Source: Setoptus koraiensis | Lineage: Eukaryota; Animalia; Arthropoda | Length of the DNA: 64,000 nucleotides | Direction: 5' to 3' | Assembly (NCBI GenBank): GCA_048013815.1 | Contig: CM106586.1 | Coordinates: 15,314,001-15,378,000, forward strand | In this document: positions 13,101-24,197 of the stretch, piece after piece | Position numbering within the stretch: position 1 is the first letter of the stretch | How the letters are laid out: every line of letters begins with the position of its first letter | Made by a program: the position numbers and the translations under genes | Notes under the pieces: model-generated | Database searches by the model: none | Told to the model about the DNA's origin: nothing | Seen by the model: the letters and a program-made list of their open reading frames with translations, nothing else

Positions 13101-14399
13101 CTTAGCTGGCCGTGCTCTGACACGTGAGCTGACCATCCACGGTTGTGACTCACAACTTGTGAGGGGCAGCGATGGCCGGAATGGCAGTGAAACGACCACG
13201 GCAAGCACGTGGTTGCCTGTATTTATGCCATGCTTTTGCCTGTATTAGCAGCCAGCGACTGACCAGCGACTGATCAGCGACTGACCAGCGACTGACCAGC
13301 GAATCCTTTTCGCAGCCAGCCATGCTAATGAATTTGCGCAGAAATTCTCGCGTTTATTGTTGCTGCCATCGACAATTAATGCCCGATCATCGTGGCGCAT
13401 TCTCCAGCGGCTTATGGCCGCTGGTTGGCTTTATCGGTGCAGCGACGAGTTATGAAAATAACTCACTCCGGCGATGCACCGCTTCGGCGTGCCATCGGTC
13501 GGTTGATGACAATTGCAGCGACCAACCGAATATAACAACCGAAATTACAGCCGAAATATATGGCATGCGTAGGGTTATATTCGTGTGCGCAAACCCAACA
13601 CGACCGATGAGCCCAAATGAGCACCGGCCGGCGGCTCACTTGGTGCGGGCCGGTCGACCCGAGGCGTCTGTTTATTGTTTATCGTTCGCTGAAAATTGAA
13701 AGCAGACTATCGCGCAAATCTTTGTCCGGCAACATCTGTCTCTCGTTCACCTTCGCTCGGGCCGCTCGTGTGCGCCGCCAACAGTCACACGGTCAGTTGG
13801 GTGCGATATGGGCGCTTGTGCCCCATTGATCAGATGACATAATTTCTCTCTCTGGGCCCTTGCTTTTGCCGACTCCAACAACGACCAATGCGTGCTCGTG
13901 CAACGCGCCCGGCCCGGTGCCATCAACCCCGCTCTGGCCGCCCTGTCAGAGGTCGCTGACGGGCTCGGGCCACTGGCGGCCGTGAACCCAACAACAACAA
14001 CAACAGCGCCAACAACAACAACAATTGTCCACTGTTGTGCAACCGTGTGTGTGTGTGTGTGTGCTTGTTTATCCAGCAATATGATGCAATCGATCACGTA
14101 AACACACACGCGCACGCGATTTGAGCCAGTTGCATTTTTCTATTGTTGCCCGATTCCCATCGGAATCGGGCAGCAATAGAAAAATGGCTTCGAAAAAGAA
14201 CTCGGTCACTGGTGTGCTCGTTCGAAGCCGCTCGCAAGTGTCGCTCTCTGTGGCAGTCGCCACAGAGAAGTGGACATCGGCGACTTGTTGCACGCCCCGA
14301 GCGCCGCAAGTAACTGCGACAGCCAGGCACCCTAGCGACGGCCAACGATCAGATGGCGTCATAAATCGTTTCGCGTGTGTGTGTTTTGCAAGACACCGC

Positions 14400-15320
14400 T
14401 GCGTTCTCTAAATTCGCGAGTGAGCGTCGCAGAGCTAGCCGAGTGGCACAATTTTAGCCGATTTTAGCAATTTTAACAATTGTCAGCGAGTTCCGAGGCA
14501 CAAACTGAAAAATGTAATTTTTCGGATTTTTTTTTCCTAAACTGCGCCAGAGGCGCGCGACAGATCGGCCAGAAATGGGCTGTTTCTTCGGCGGTCTTGA
14601 TCAAATCAGTCGTTTTCAGCCCCAGTCGGCAGTATGAAATGTGCCGAAAATCCTTCCGTTGGTTGAGATGAGCGCCATAAAATTTTGGTCAATTTTCTGC
14701 TAAAATTTCGATTTTTTTTCCGAAGAAATTGGAATTTCGCGTGAAAAAATTTCTTCGGAAAAAAAATCAAAATTTTAGCAGAAAATTAGAAATTTCAAAT
14801 TGTTTCGCTAGCACTCTAGAGACGATCGAGTGATGCGAAGAATATCGCATGATAATGTGGCTCTTTCAGGCACGACTGTCAACTTTTTGAAGCGTCTTCC
14901 CGATCGAAGCTCCATACCGAAAACCACACATAAAACCCGAAGATGGCTCGGTCTGGCGCAGGCGGCGTCCAGTCGCGGGCCGTTTTTTCATGGTCAGCCA
15001 CAGGCACTTTTCGGTGATGGTTTGGCGGTCAAGTTGTGGCTATTGTGAATCGAATCCGATTTTCAGACGGCCGAAACGAAAAAAGCGGCTCGGAAAAAAA
15101 TGCTTGCTGTTTCGAGAGACTTTTCAAGATTTTTCTTTATCGGGTATTTTCAGCAGCAAGCCGAAAATGTGTCGCTTGTGAGCTAGCGACTGCGTTTCAC
15201 AGTGGCCAGTCATGTCAAGGCGCGAATGATCATTATCCAGCATCAGCGAGTCGAACCTTGAATTTGTTGGCGAGACCGAGGCAGGCAATTGTCAAATGTC
15301 AGTCAGTGTTTGGCTGACTG
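14400..15320. mobile_element. AT/A-tract-rich block, possible degenerate non-autonomous DNA element, containing a 40-bp-arm hairpin
   Basis: Composition differs from the GC/microsatellite-rich flanks and it contains the inverted repeat 14691-14787. No transposase, TIRs or TSD identified, so the call is tentative. Confidence 0.3.
14691..14787. repeat. Near-perfect inverted repeat (40-bp arms, 39/40 match, 17-nt loop)
   Basis: Left arm 14691-14730 AATTTTCTGCTAAAATTTCGATTTTTTTTCCGAAGAAATT; right arm 14748-14787 AATTTCTTCGGAAAAAAAATCAAAATTTTAGCAGAAAATT. Confidence 0.95.
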
Positions 15321-17593
15321 ACTGACTGACTGACTGACAGACAAAACCAGTTCTCTGGCTGTGTGTGTCGGTCGGCAGTTCCTTGTCGCCGTGAAAAGTG
15401 CACATCGATCATTATAGCTGTTGCATTGCCGAGTCTGAAACTATTTACTATAAGCTCGGATTATTATTATCATTGTTACAACTTGGAATGGAGTTTTTCT
15501 GACTTTTTTCGTGCACTCGGCTCGCACATTTGGCGGCACTAGTAGCAGCAGCAGCAGCAGCCGCAGCAAACCCGTTGCATCGGCAACAGGTGCCCACGGT
15601 GGTGGCACTGACAGAAGCGGCCCTAGTGGAGCCAATAGTGCAGCTAACAGTGGAGATAATAGTTGAGATAATAGAAGAAACGGCGAGTTTCGCAGCCCAA
15701 ATCACAGCAAGTCATTCATGATTCGCTCGCACCGACAAGCGCTGTCGCGACTGCAATCCACTGACCGGTATAGCAACAACCACAGCCACAACAACAACAG
15801 CAACCACAGCTACAACAACAACGGCAACAACAGCAACGACAACAACAGCTACAGCAAAACCGACAGCAACAACAACAACAAAATGGCCAAACAAAATCAC
15901 TGTCAATTGAAGCCACTGACTGAGTTACTCACTGACTCAGTTGCGCAAAAGTGTTCCTACGAAGCCGGCTGGCCAATTAACTATCGCGCCTAATTGAGAG
16001 TAGCCCGCCGACTGTTGTTGTCGTTGTCGCTGTTGTCATTGTCGCTGTTGTCATTGTCGCTGTTGTCGTTGTCGCTGTTGGCGCTGTCGTTGTTGGCGCT
16101 GTTGGCGCGCATTGAACTGGCTCGCCGACTTCCTCGTTAGTGTCAGTGAGTTTTTTCACCACTATCGGGCCAACTAATGCTCGTAAGGGGAAGCGCAAAC
16201 GTCGTCTATGGCGAGCGTATTTGCATCTATTTGTTGCCGGCTGCTTGTTATCCGTGCTGCTGTCGGGCCTACCACAAACTATAAATTGCTTTGGCTCATA
16301 TCGGTACTCAATGGCTCGGTGCAGGCCATTGTGTGTAGCTAGACGATCTTCATCTTTTGTGTATCGTTTCCTTGCCGTGCGCTTGTTTGTGTCTATTTGA
16401 CGATAACCGCTGTGCACTCGGGACATTTCGCTCGATTCTAGTGATTCGAACGCACACACACACGCACTGTGTTTGATGGATAACTCGTTCTAGCGATCGG
16501 CAATGTGCAATTTTATCTCGGCTTCATGGAAAAGAAGAATCAATCGTGATCATCAATGGTGCGTTCCGTCCATCAATCTGTTTCCACTTGGGCGTGCAGC
16601 CAATGAGAATTGGATGCTCGACACCAACTGTTACAAGAGAACTGGAGCAATCTCTCTCATGCGGCCAAAATATACCTAGCACCGGCACCGTTGGTCTCGC
16701 GAGTGCAAGAGAATGTGAGGTTGTACAAGCTGCAACAGGTAGTTGCTGTTTGACATTGACCAGAGCAGCAACAAGTGTGCGCCAAAGCTCGTCGGATGTG
16801 CCGGCTCACATGAGTGGCACGCATCTGACAGCACAGGTATTGCATAATGTGTGTGTGTGTGTTGCGCAAGGACGAGCCGTCAAATGTTGAAATGTCGGTG
16901 TGGCAAGACGATTTTGTCCGTCTCTGCGCTCTGTTGTTGTTGCTGGCCGCCAGTCACTCTGGTAGCCGGCTCGCTGCGAATGTTGTTGTTGATGCCGCTC
17001 GCCGGCAGCAGCAACAACAACAACAACAACAACAATAACGTCGAGAAACATCGGGCAACAACAACGGCGTCGGACGTCACTGTCGCGGGCTGGCCGAACA
17101 GCATCATCGCGGATCATTGTGGTCTTACGCGTTCGCTTGGTCGAGTGTGAGTCGTATCGACCGGCTCGAGCAACTAACAAGCGCCACCATAGCGCCACTG
17201 ACACGGCAACCGAGGCTACAACTGGATACAGATCGTAAACAGGGCCTAGTGGCTGCCGCTGCTGCTAGATGCCTCGAGACGAAACGAGTTTGTCATGGCC
17301 ACATGATAATAATAGTAATAATAATAATAACAGCAAGCAACCAACTTTTACTAGCAGCCCACCGGCACCACTGGCGTGTCCGTCGGCCCGTCCGTTCGTC
17401 TGTCTGAATCAAGCGAGCGAGCGAGCGAACGAGCAACCTGTTGATGTTACGTAACATCAACATATAAAAACACAAAGTCAATTGGAATGGATAAACTTGC
17501 TCGCAACTCACGAGATGCAAGTTGCGATCTGCGATCCGAGACTTACTGCCGGCCGACAGCGAGGCTAGCCAGCCGAAGAACAAGAATTGATTA

Positions 17594-17785
<192 letters not shown>

Positions 17786-19484
17786 ACAGGTTGGTTGGCG
17801 ATGGCAGCGCGATTGGCGGTTTAATATTGATGCGCAAAATAAGCCAGGCAAAACTCGTTTTGGCTGCCTCTAACCCTCTGCTCGGCGAGCCAAAAATGCG
17901 ACCGGCGAATGTGAGTGAGTTGATTTCTTGTTGTTGCAAGCCAGCGAAACAACCTGTTGCTGCCATGCCGACAACATTGAACCTTTGCCACTTCCACCTA
18001 GCTCATTTCTGGCAGTGTTGTTGTTGTTGCCGCTGTTGTTGTTGCCGCTGTCGTCTATTGTTTGGCTCAATTGACGCGATCCAGCCACTTGAATTAAACT
18101 CCCCGCACACACACACACACACACACACTCACATGCGATTAATTCCCCTGTTGCCTGTTTATGTGAGTAACAATCTTTCCAGAATTATCTCAGGTGATTG
18201 TCTGCCAGGATCACACACTCGGCCGGCCGTAGCTGCCGACGCAACTGCCGTTTCTGACTGCTGCTGGCACGGCCGACTCTGTGTATTAATAGTGCAGATA
18301 CACTTTCAATCTTGCCACAGACCAGCAACAAGTGCTCGCCAGTTACAGCGATGCAGCCACAATCAGCGTCGTCGTCCAACAGCAGCAACAACGACGAAAA
18401 CAGCGACGCCAACAACGACGACAGCAACGGCAACAGCAACAACGCATCTCGACTGGTCGCCACTGACAGCTTGTGAGTCACTGTTACAATAACCGCCTTC
18501 GCCCGTCAACAATCTCACTCACCTGAGCTGGTCGGCGTTGTTGGCTTGGCCAGTTGCTGCCAGCCAGTTTGTCATTGTGTGACACAAGCGCCTGAAGTGT
18601 CATATTTGTTATAATCCTGCTCCAATAATGTGGCCCAATTTTGAGCCGGCCACAAGCGCGCAACAGGTTGAAAAATGGCCGCTGCTCGCTTGACCGTCGC
18701 TGCCGTTCACTTCAGTCCATGAGCCGCGAAACCGGTCGATCACACACACACACACACACACCAGTGGCGGCGTCTTGGCTCGCGAGCATTGCATGATTGA
18801 CTCATTATGATTCAGTCATCATTAATAGTCATCATTGATAGTGGTGGCCTGGTGGTACGCGCACGAACTATTATTGCGCAATAGCACATGCATTAGTGGC
18901 ACTACCGGTAGTGAAGTTGTGAGCCGGCAGAGTGACGGATTACGCAATCAATCGCCACTGGCTGCAATCGGATGCCGACCGGCTGACTGGCTGACTGGCT
19001 GGCCGGTATTCTCGCAACTGGCTGGCTGTTAGGCTCTCAGCTGGCAACTGGGCACATCGTTGTATGATGATAATCGTACATTACACTATCGACTATGACT
19101 CGTTTTGCGCAACTTTTAGCGCAAATTTATGCACATTATACAGGTAATGTGGCGCCGATTACATAACAACAAGCGAGCGTCATGATTGTCTGTGTATTAC
19201 ATAGTGTTGACGTAACACTTGCGCTGTGCTGTTGTCCGCCGGATACATGAACGAGGAAGTCAGCGCATTGGAGGCTGCCGGCGTTGATGACTCGTCGTCG
19301 TTAATAGCTAATAGTTATTAGATAATCATACTTTTGTGTGAATACCTTTGCGCTAATATCCTGCGCCCATCCGATACACACCAGTCAGACGAAACTGACA
19401 GCTGGTGCGGCCAGCTAGACGATTGTGTGAGCTGGATAGAGAAAGTAACTTTGTCTCGCTATTGGCTCTTTTCTCTCGTTCTCG

Positions 19485-19575
19485 CGTTCGCTCGTTCGCT
19501 CGTTCGCTCGTTCGCTCGTTCGCTCGTTCGCTCGTTCGCTCGTTCGCTCGTTCGCTCGTTCTCGCGTTCGCTCGT
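19485..19575. repeat. (TTCGCTCG)n 8-bp microsatellite
   Basis: Read directly. Confidence 0.9.
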
Positions 19576-20460
19576 TGCCTCGTTTCTTCGCAACTTTCTT
19601 GCATCGCTCGCTCATTCGCCGACACAAATTGTGAGCCACTCACTGTACAGTCGCTAATGGTGCGTGCCGAAATCTGCCGTGAACTGACACTGCCACCAGC
19701 ATCGACACCAACAACAGCAACAACAGCAACAACAGCAGCAACAGCAACAACAGCGACAACAGCAACAGCGACAACAACAACAGCGACACCAACAACAGCG
19801 ACACCAACAACAGCGACACCGACAACCACAACCGACAAGTGGCAACTGTCAGCGACGAATGAAATGAATCAGCTGGCTTAATTGTCTGCCCCTGGATAGC
19901 GTGCGTGCTCTTTCTCAATGCCCAACAAGCGCCGCGATCGCCGCCACCATAATCCTTGCCTTGTAAGAACAGACTCGCCAAGTCGATAATTATCGCCGGC
20001 GAGCTAACAAGCGGCTGACTTTTTCCAGAGTTGCGTCGATCGAAAAGCGGCTGCTGGTTGCCACCGCGAGTCGCTGGCGCTGTTGTCTTGCCGTCGGCAT
20101 TACTCATTATGTTACCTATTACATATTAGTGGTATCCATGTGTAATAGTCTGACGCGTCTCGAACGCGCCGTCGCGACTGTTTCAACTGACAACGGCGGC
20201 GGCGGCAGAAATTTATCCGATCTACAATTTATAAGCGACAGCCAACACAGAGAGCATCAACAGGTTGAATGGCGCCGATCATGTGCACTCGCAGTGATCA
20301 CCATGGAAATTGTTGTCCTCTCTTGCCACACTTAATACTTTAGGGTTACCCAATTGTCAGTTGTTCGGCTAGTTCATTCAATTCTGCTCTGACGCAACTA
20401 TGCAACGATGTGCAAACTGATCAAACTGATCAGTGATGATCATGTAACACATATTAGCTA

Positions 20461-20830
20461 GTTGACAAAATTAACTTCATTTCATTAGGAGCTATTTTAA
20501 TTATCTCGGCGTATCTCGTCATTTTGTGCGTCCTGTGTGTCATTGCGCTTGTGAGATACGCATACGTCACAATGAGAGATATTCACGTTGTTCGTTAGCA
20601 TCGGTGACGGCTCGCTCAATTTTTTCAACTCTGTCATGAGTTATCAGATTCTCTTTTTTCTTCATACTTATTTTTCATGCTTATTGCCTACTGTTTTTAC
20701 ATGATGCCAACAAATTGTGATTAGTCAGATCCTATGATCAGTCAATGATGATATCGCGATTGAAAGCTTCATCAAAGTTGGCAGCTTACAAACATTCAGA
20801 TGGGCAATATTGCACTTGGCGATTTGAGTC
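20461..20830 (+). pseudogene. Decayed multi-pass membrane protein fragment, possibly gustatory-receptor-like
   Basis: One frame reads VDKINFISLGAILIISAYLVILCVLCVIALVRYAYVTMRDIHVVR*HR*RLAQFFQLCHELSDSLFSSYLFFMLIAYCFYMM, then in another frame SFIKVGSLQTFRWAILHLAI. The hydrophobic helices and spacing loosely recall TM4-TM7 of arthropod GRs. Similarity judged by eye only. Confidence 0.3.
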
Positions 20831-20939
20831 AGATTGAAAGGTCACAGAAAAATTAGCGACGCTCGTGGTGCCATCTGGAGCGTGCGAATGCAAACTCTTC
20901 CAAAAAACCTGCCAATTTTTCTTTCTTTCTGTCACTGCT

Positions 20940-21440
20940 GTTGCTTGCCAATTCTTCAATATAATTTAAAACACATTGAATCTGAGGAAACTCATTTTGC
21001 TGTATTGATACGACTTTATTAAAAATCTTTGAACTTCCTTTCGCATTTTCCCTCACTCGATGGAAACTTTATAAATTTCGAATCATCTTTAATAATGCGT
21101 CTGATATCCTTCCAATCTCTTTCCAATTTGATTTTTTTTTTGTTTCTTGTAGCAGCTCATAGAATTCATCTTTTCTCTCCGTTTGGAGTGAGGAAGAAAT
21201 TCTCACCTTCCTTAGCCTGAGGTCTTAATAGTGCACCATCTTCAAAGTAGCGAGTTGGGATGTTCTGCCCTGTACCAAAGTCAACCACTTCATTCTCATC
21301 CTTCAGGCAAACTATCTCAGTGAACCGTAAATAGCTTCTCTTTGTTTCACCATTACGCATGTAGGGATCCTTCTTCAGTTCTTCGAGGAAGTCTCGGAAT
21401 AGAAGAACCTCCAACTCATAAGCTTCGTAATTTGAATTAT
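20940..21440 (-). pseudogene. TCERG1: Frameshifted fragment of a TCERG1/CA150-like FF-domain gene
   Basis: Pieces in different minus frames: NYEAYELEVLLFRDFLEELKK (~21435-21372), NKEKLFTVH*DSL, ERKDEFYELLQET (~21180-21141), then after a -1 shift in an A10 run IKLERDWKDIRRIIKDDSKFIKFPSSEGKCERKFKDF* (21132-21019), and CVLNYIEEL. These follow the order and wording of TCERG1 C-terminal FF repeats (e.g. KREHFRQLLDET...WKEVKKIIKEDPRCIKFSSSDRK, recalled from memory). Confidence 0.65.
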
Positions 21441-21513
21441 TGTTATATTGCCATGGTTCGATTGTGTTATGAGAGTAGTCGAAGAAAACTGGCATAATTA
21501 TGACTATAATACG

Positions 21514-21920
21514 TACCAGTGTCTGAGCCACCCACCAAAAACGATTGTTTGGAAGACGATAAAAACATAGAACTATATCGTAGATAGTGTAAAGATGAAG
21601 AATTGTGCGCCCAGTATTCTGAAAGAGGTAAATGGATTCGAGAGCTGAACGAATACCTGCCGAAAGAGCTTGCTTTCCGTCAGAGAAGAAAGTTTCTAAA
21701 TGCTGGACCAAGACGAAATAATACTGAAAGAATGAACGACCCTCTTTGTAAGAGAGAATTCCACGAAATGTGCACATATTGTTTTCCTGGAACTCCCGAA
21801 TTTAGACAACCGTGCGCGAAATTTTATGCATACAAGAACATCTTACTATCGCTCAGAATACAAGTTAATAATTGGATTGGACAAACATTGACTTGTGACG
21901 ACACGCTGTATTTTCATTGA
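21514..21920 (+). pseudogene. Pseudogene paralog (copy C) of the Cys-rich secreted family
   Basis: YQCLSHPPK/[frameshift]NDCLEDDKNIELYRR*CKDEELCAQYSERGKWIRELNEYLP...LCKREFHEMCTYCFPGTPEFRQPCAKFYAYKNILLSLRIQVNNWIGQTLTCDD aligns with the 24104 ORF (DCLAWHKDVELYCRYCKNSDCKGYEDRVAWIPVLENYLP...YCDRDFEEMCTLC). Lesions: frameshift near 21540, Cys to Arg (CGT 21579-81), Tyr to TAG (21585-87). No leader found. The 3' flank is also homologous to copy B. Confidence 0.85.
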
Positions 21921-22506
21921 AAATATAGGGGGAACAGATAGAACGAACACAGATATTGTTGCGCTGGCCGCATTAGATGCGACGGAATTCAGTTGTGATG
22001 ACATCCTGTTTGTTCATAAATCAATAAATGTATTTCGCACCCGAAGATGATGAATTTGATCTGCGAAATACTATTGGAGTACTCTTTGTTGTTTCTCTCG
22101 TGCAACATGACCATTTTAGTAAGTTGAATTCCCCTAGAATTGCGTTGGTCCCTATGGGGCGCTATCAATGATTTATCTTGATCCAGATGATCGAAATGAA
22201 AGCAGAGTTTTGGAGGAAGCGACAATAACTAGCAATTGCAATCAATCTAGCATGCATCATTAACGCACAAATAGAACTCAATCGATCTCTTTTCGGCCAA
22301 TATAGCCAAAAATCAAATTTTGTGATCTCGACGCTGCATCTAGATACTTCTTATAGAGATTTATCAACATTTCAAAGATCAAACTCGTACATTTATATGT
22401 ATGTATTATTCAATTCTAGGTTATCATTTGATAATGTATGAACAGGCAATCGCATCCGATGCCGCCATAGCTTCAGTCGGGTCGTTTGTTCCGTCGAGCG
22501 CATATA

Positions 22507-23058
22507 TTATAGCCATGGTGATGGAATGGGACACTTCTCTTTACAACTCTTAGGATCTGCAACCCAACCGTCCCATAGCGCAAAAATCTTATCTCTTACA
22601 CTCGGAAAATCCTCAAATTCCTTGCAGTCAGCAAGAGAATTACAAGCTTGACAAAAATCAGCGAGTGGTCGATCCAAATAACAATGCCGATCCACATCTT
22701 GTCTTGGACCTAGAAGTTTGTAAGATTTTTGTTTTTTCGCTTTTGACCTTCTTTTGGCCGACGGACAGTTTCCAGTGCTCTGCCATTCTTCATTTAAACC
22801 ATTGAGTCTTTCACGCAATCCATTTCTACGCACATACTTAGGACAGGAATCATCCTCTGTACAATATCTACAATATAATTGCGCTTCTCCAAACTCATGA
22901 AAACAGTCAAGTGTCGCCCGCGTACTAACATTTGCCGCAACGTCCGCTCCACGACCGTGTGCCCCTCTTTTGCGGCAATGTACCAAAATGGTCGATGCAA
23001 TCACGACCAAAAATAGAATAACAGAGAATCTCGTTACGTTGTCCATTGTCGCTCTCAT
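22507..23058 (-). CDS. Secreted cysteine-rich protein, copy A (183 aa, single exon, unknown family)
   Basis: Clean ATG-to-stop ORF. Signal-peptide-like N-terminus (RFSVILFLVVIASTILVHC) followed by RKR. Two internal modules C-x9/10-C-x2-C-x5-C-x2-[YF]-x16-W-x5/6-C. Paralogous to 24104..24598. Confidence 0.85.
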   Translation of the reverse strand: MRATMDNVTRFSVILFLVVIASTILVHCRKRGAHGRGADVAANVSTRATLDCFHEFGEAQLYCRYCTEDDSCPKYVRRNGLRERLNGLNEEWQSTGNCPSAKRRSKAKKQKSYKLLGPRQDVDRHCYLDRPLADFCQACNSLADCKEFEDFPSVRDKIFALWDGWVADPKSCKEKCPIPSPWL

Positions 23059-23255
23059 GATTCCACGATGCTTGTCGATATATTTCCTGTTAAAAGATTA
23101 TATGTTGAGACTGATGAGGATCGAAATTGATAAGACAATCTGGCAAGGGTTAATTCAGACTCGCGAGGCAGGATAAGACTGCCTGTGAGTGAAAGGCTCA
23201 TCATCAAAATTCATGCCAGACATTTGAAATCCGATCTCTGCGTCAGCAAGACCGC
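22965..23255. repeat. Left arm of ~290-bp inverted duplication (5' flank + leader of copy A)
   Basis: Reverse complement matches 23907-24197 at roughly 90% by eye. The 93 leader-coding nt differ at one synonymous site (ATT vs ATA). Confidence 0.95.
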
Positions 23256-23906
23256 CGTAAATAACATGAAAAGTGTTGCCGCTTAGTACAATTTTCGCCG
23301 ATTAAATAAATTAAGAACTAAACTAATTAGTGAAAACTGGATTAACGCTTTAAATTTGCACTATCTAAGGTCCAAATGAGATGGCAAAAGTGTTGTGGAT
23401 GGAGATTACAAGATAAAACAGTAATCTGATGAGAAAATAATTTTTAACTTTTAATTTAACTTTTTAACTTTTAATTTTTAATTAACTGAAACCTTCTTCA
23501 ATGATATCTCTCGATTTAACATCAAGCTATAGTTGGCTTCATTAAATCCTTAATGGAGCTGTCTATTGAACAAATCGATAGTGTAGAAACATTGGTGAAT
23601 TAGCAAACATAATTGCAAGCATTCGATTTCTTCAGATTGAATTTTCGTGCTCGATTTATTGCCGAAACACCAGCTTGTTGCTCTAAGCGCGCCCAGCGAT
23701 TTCGGAAAGAGTTGCATACGTTTCGGCGACTCTCCGATATCCGTCTTAATCATCGACAGATACTGGTACAAGCATACTTTTCGGCAAGGCAGGAGCGATG
23801 TATTTTTGTACGAATTAATTTGGCTTTTGAGTGGATCTGATTGGAGAAAAGTCTGCTTGCTCGCAACTCTATTCATGTTATTCACTTGTTACATATAGGT
23901 GTTTCA

Positions 23907-24197
23907 GCGGTCTTATTGACGCAGAGATCAGATTTCAAAGATCTGGCGTGAATTTTGATGATGAGCCTTTCATTCACTCGCAGTCTTATCCTGCCTCGCG
24001 AGTCTGAATTAACTCTTGCCAGATTGTCTTATCAATTTCGATCCTCAGCAGTGTTAACATATAATCGTTTATCAGGTAATATATCGACAAGTTTCGTGGA
24101 ATCATGAGAGCGACAATGGACAACGTAACGAGATTCTCTGTTATTCTATTTTTGGTCGTGATAGCATCGACCATTTTGGTACATTGCCGCAAAAGAG
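23907..24197. repeat. Right arm of ~290-bp inverted duplication (5' flank + leader of copy B)
   Basis: Mirror of 22965-23255; ~650-bp unique spacer lies between the arms. Confidence 0.95.

Noticed and set aside
16105-16122. AGTTCAATGCGC (minus strand), similar to an ecdysone response element
   Set aside because: Single imperfect match, expected by chance in 64 kb.
16560-16760. Plus-frame peptide SVSTWACSQ*ELDARHQLLQENWSNL, faintly like a nuclear-receptor LBD signature
   Set aside because: Too short and degenerate, interrupted by a stop, and on the opposite strand to EcR; cannot be supported without a search.
21166-21777. 203-aa minus ORF as an intact gene
   Set aside because: Composite: its 5' half is antisense to Cys-rich pseudogene C and its 3' half is part of the frameshifted TCERG1-like remnant.
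22970-24192. Twin 68-aa ORFs MRQCTKMVDAITTK (22970..23176 + and 23986..24192 -)
   Set aside because: Antisense readings of the inverted arms; their similarity is explained by the DNA duplication.
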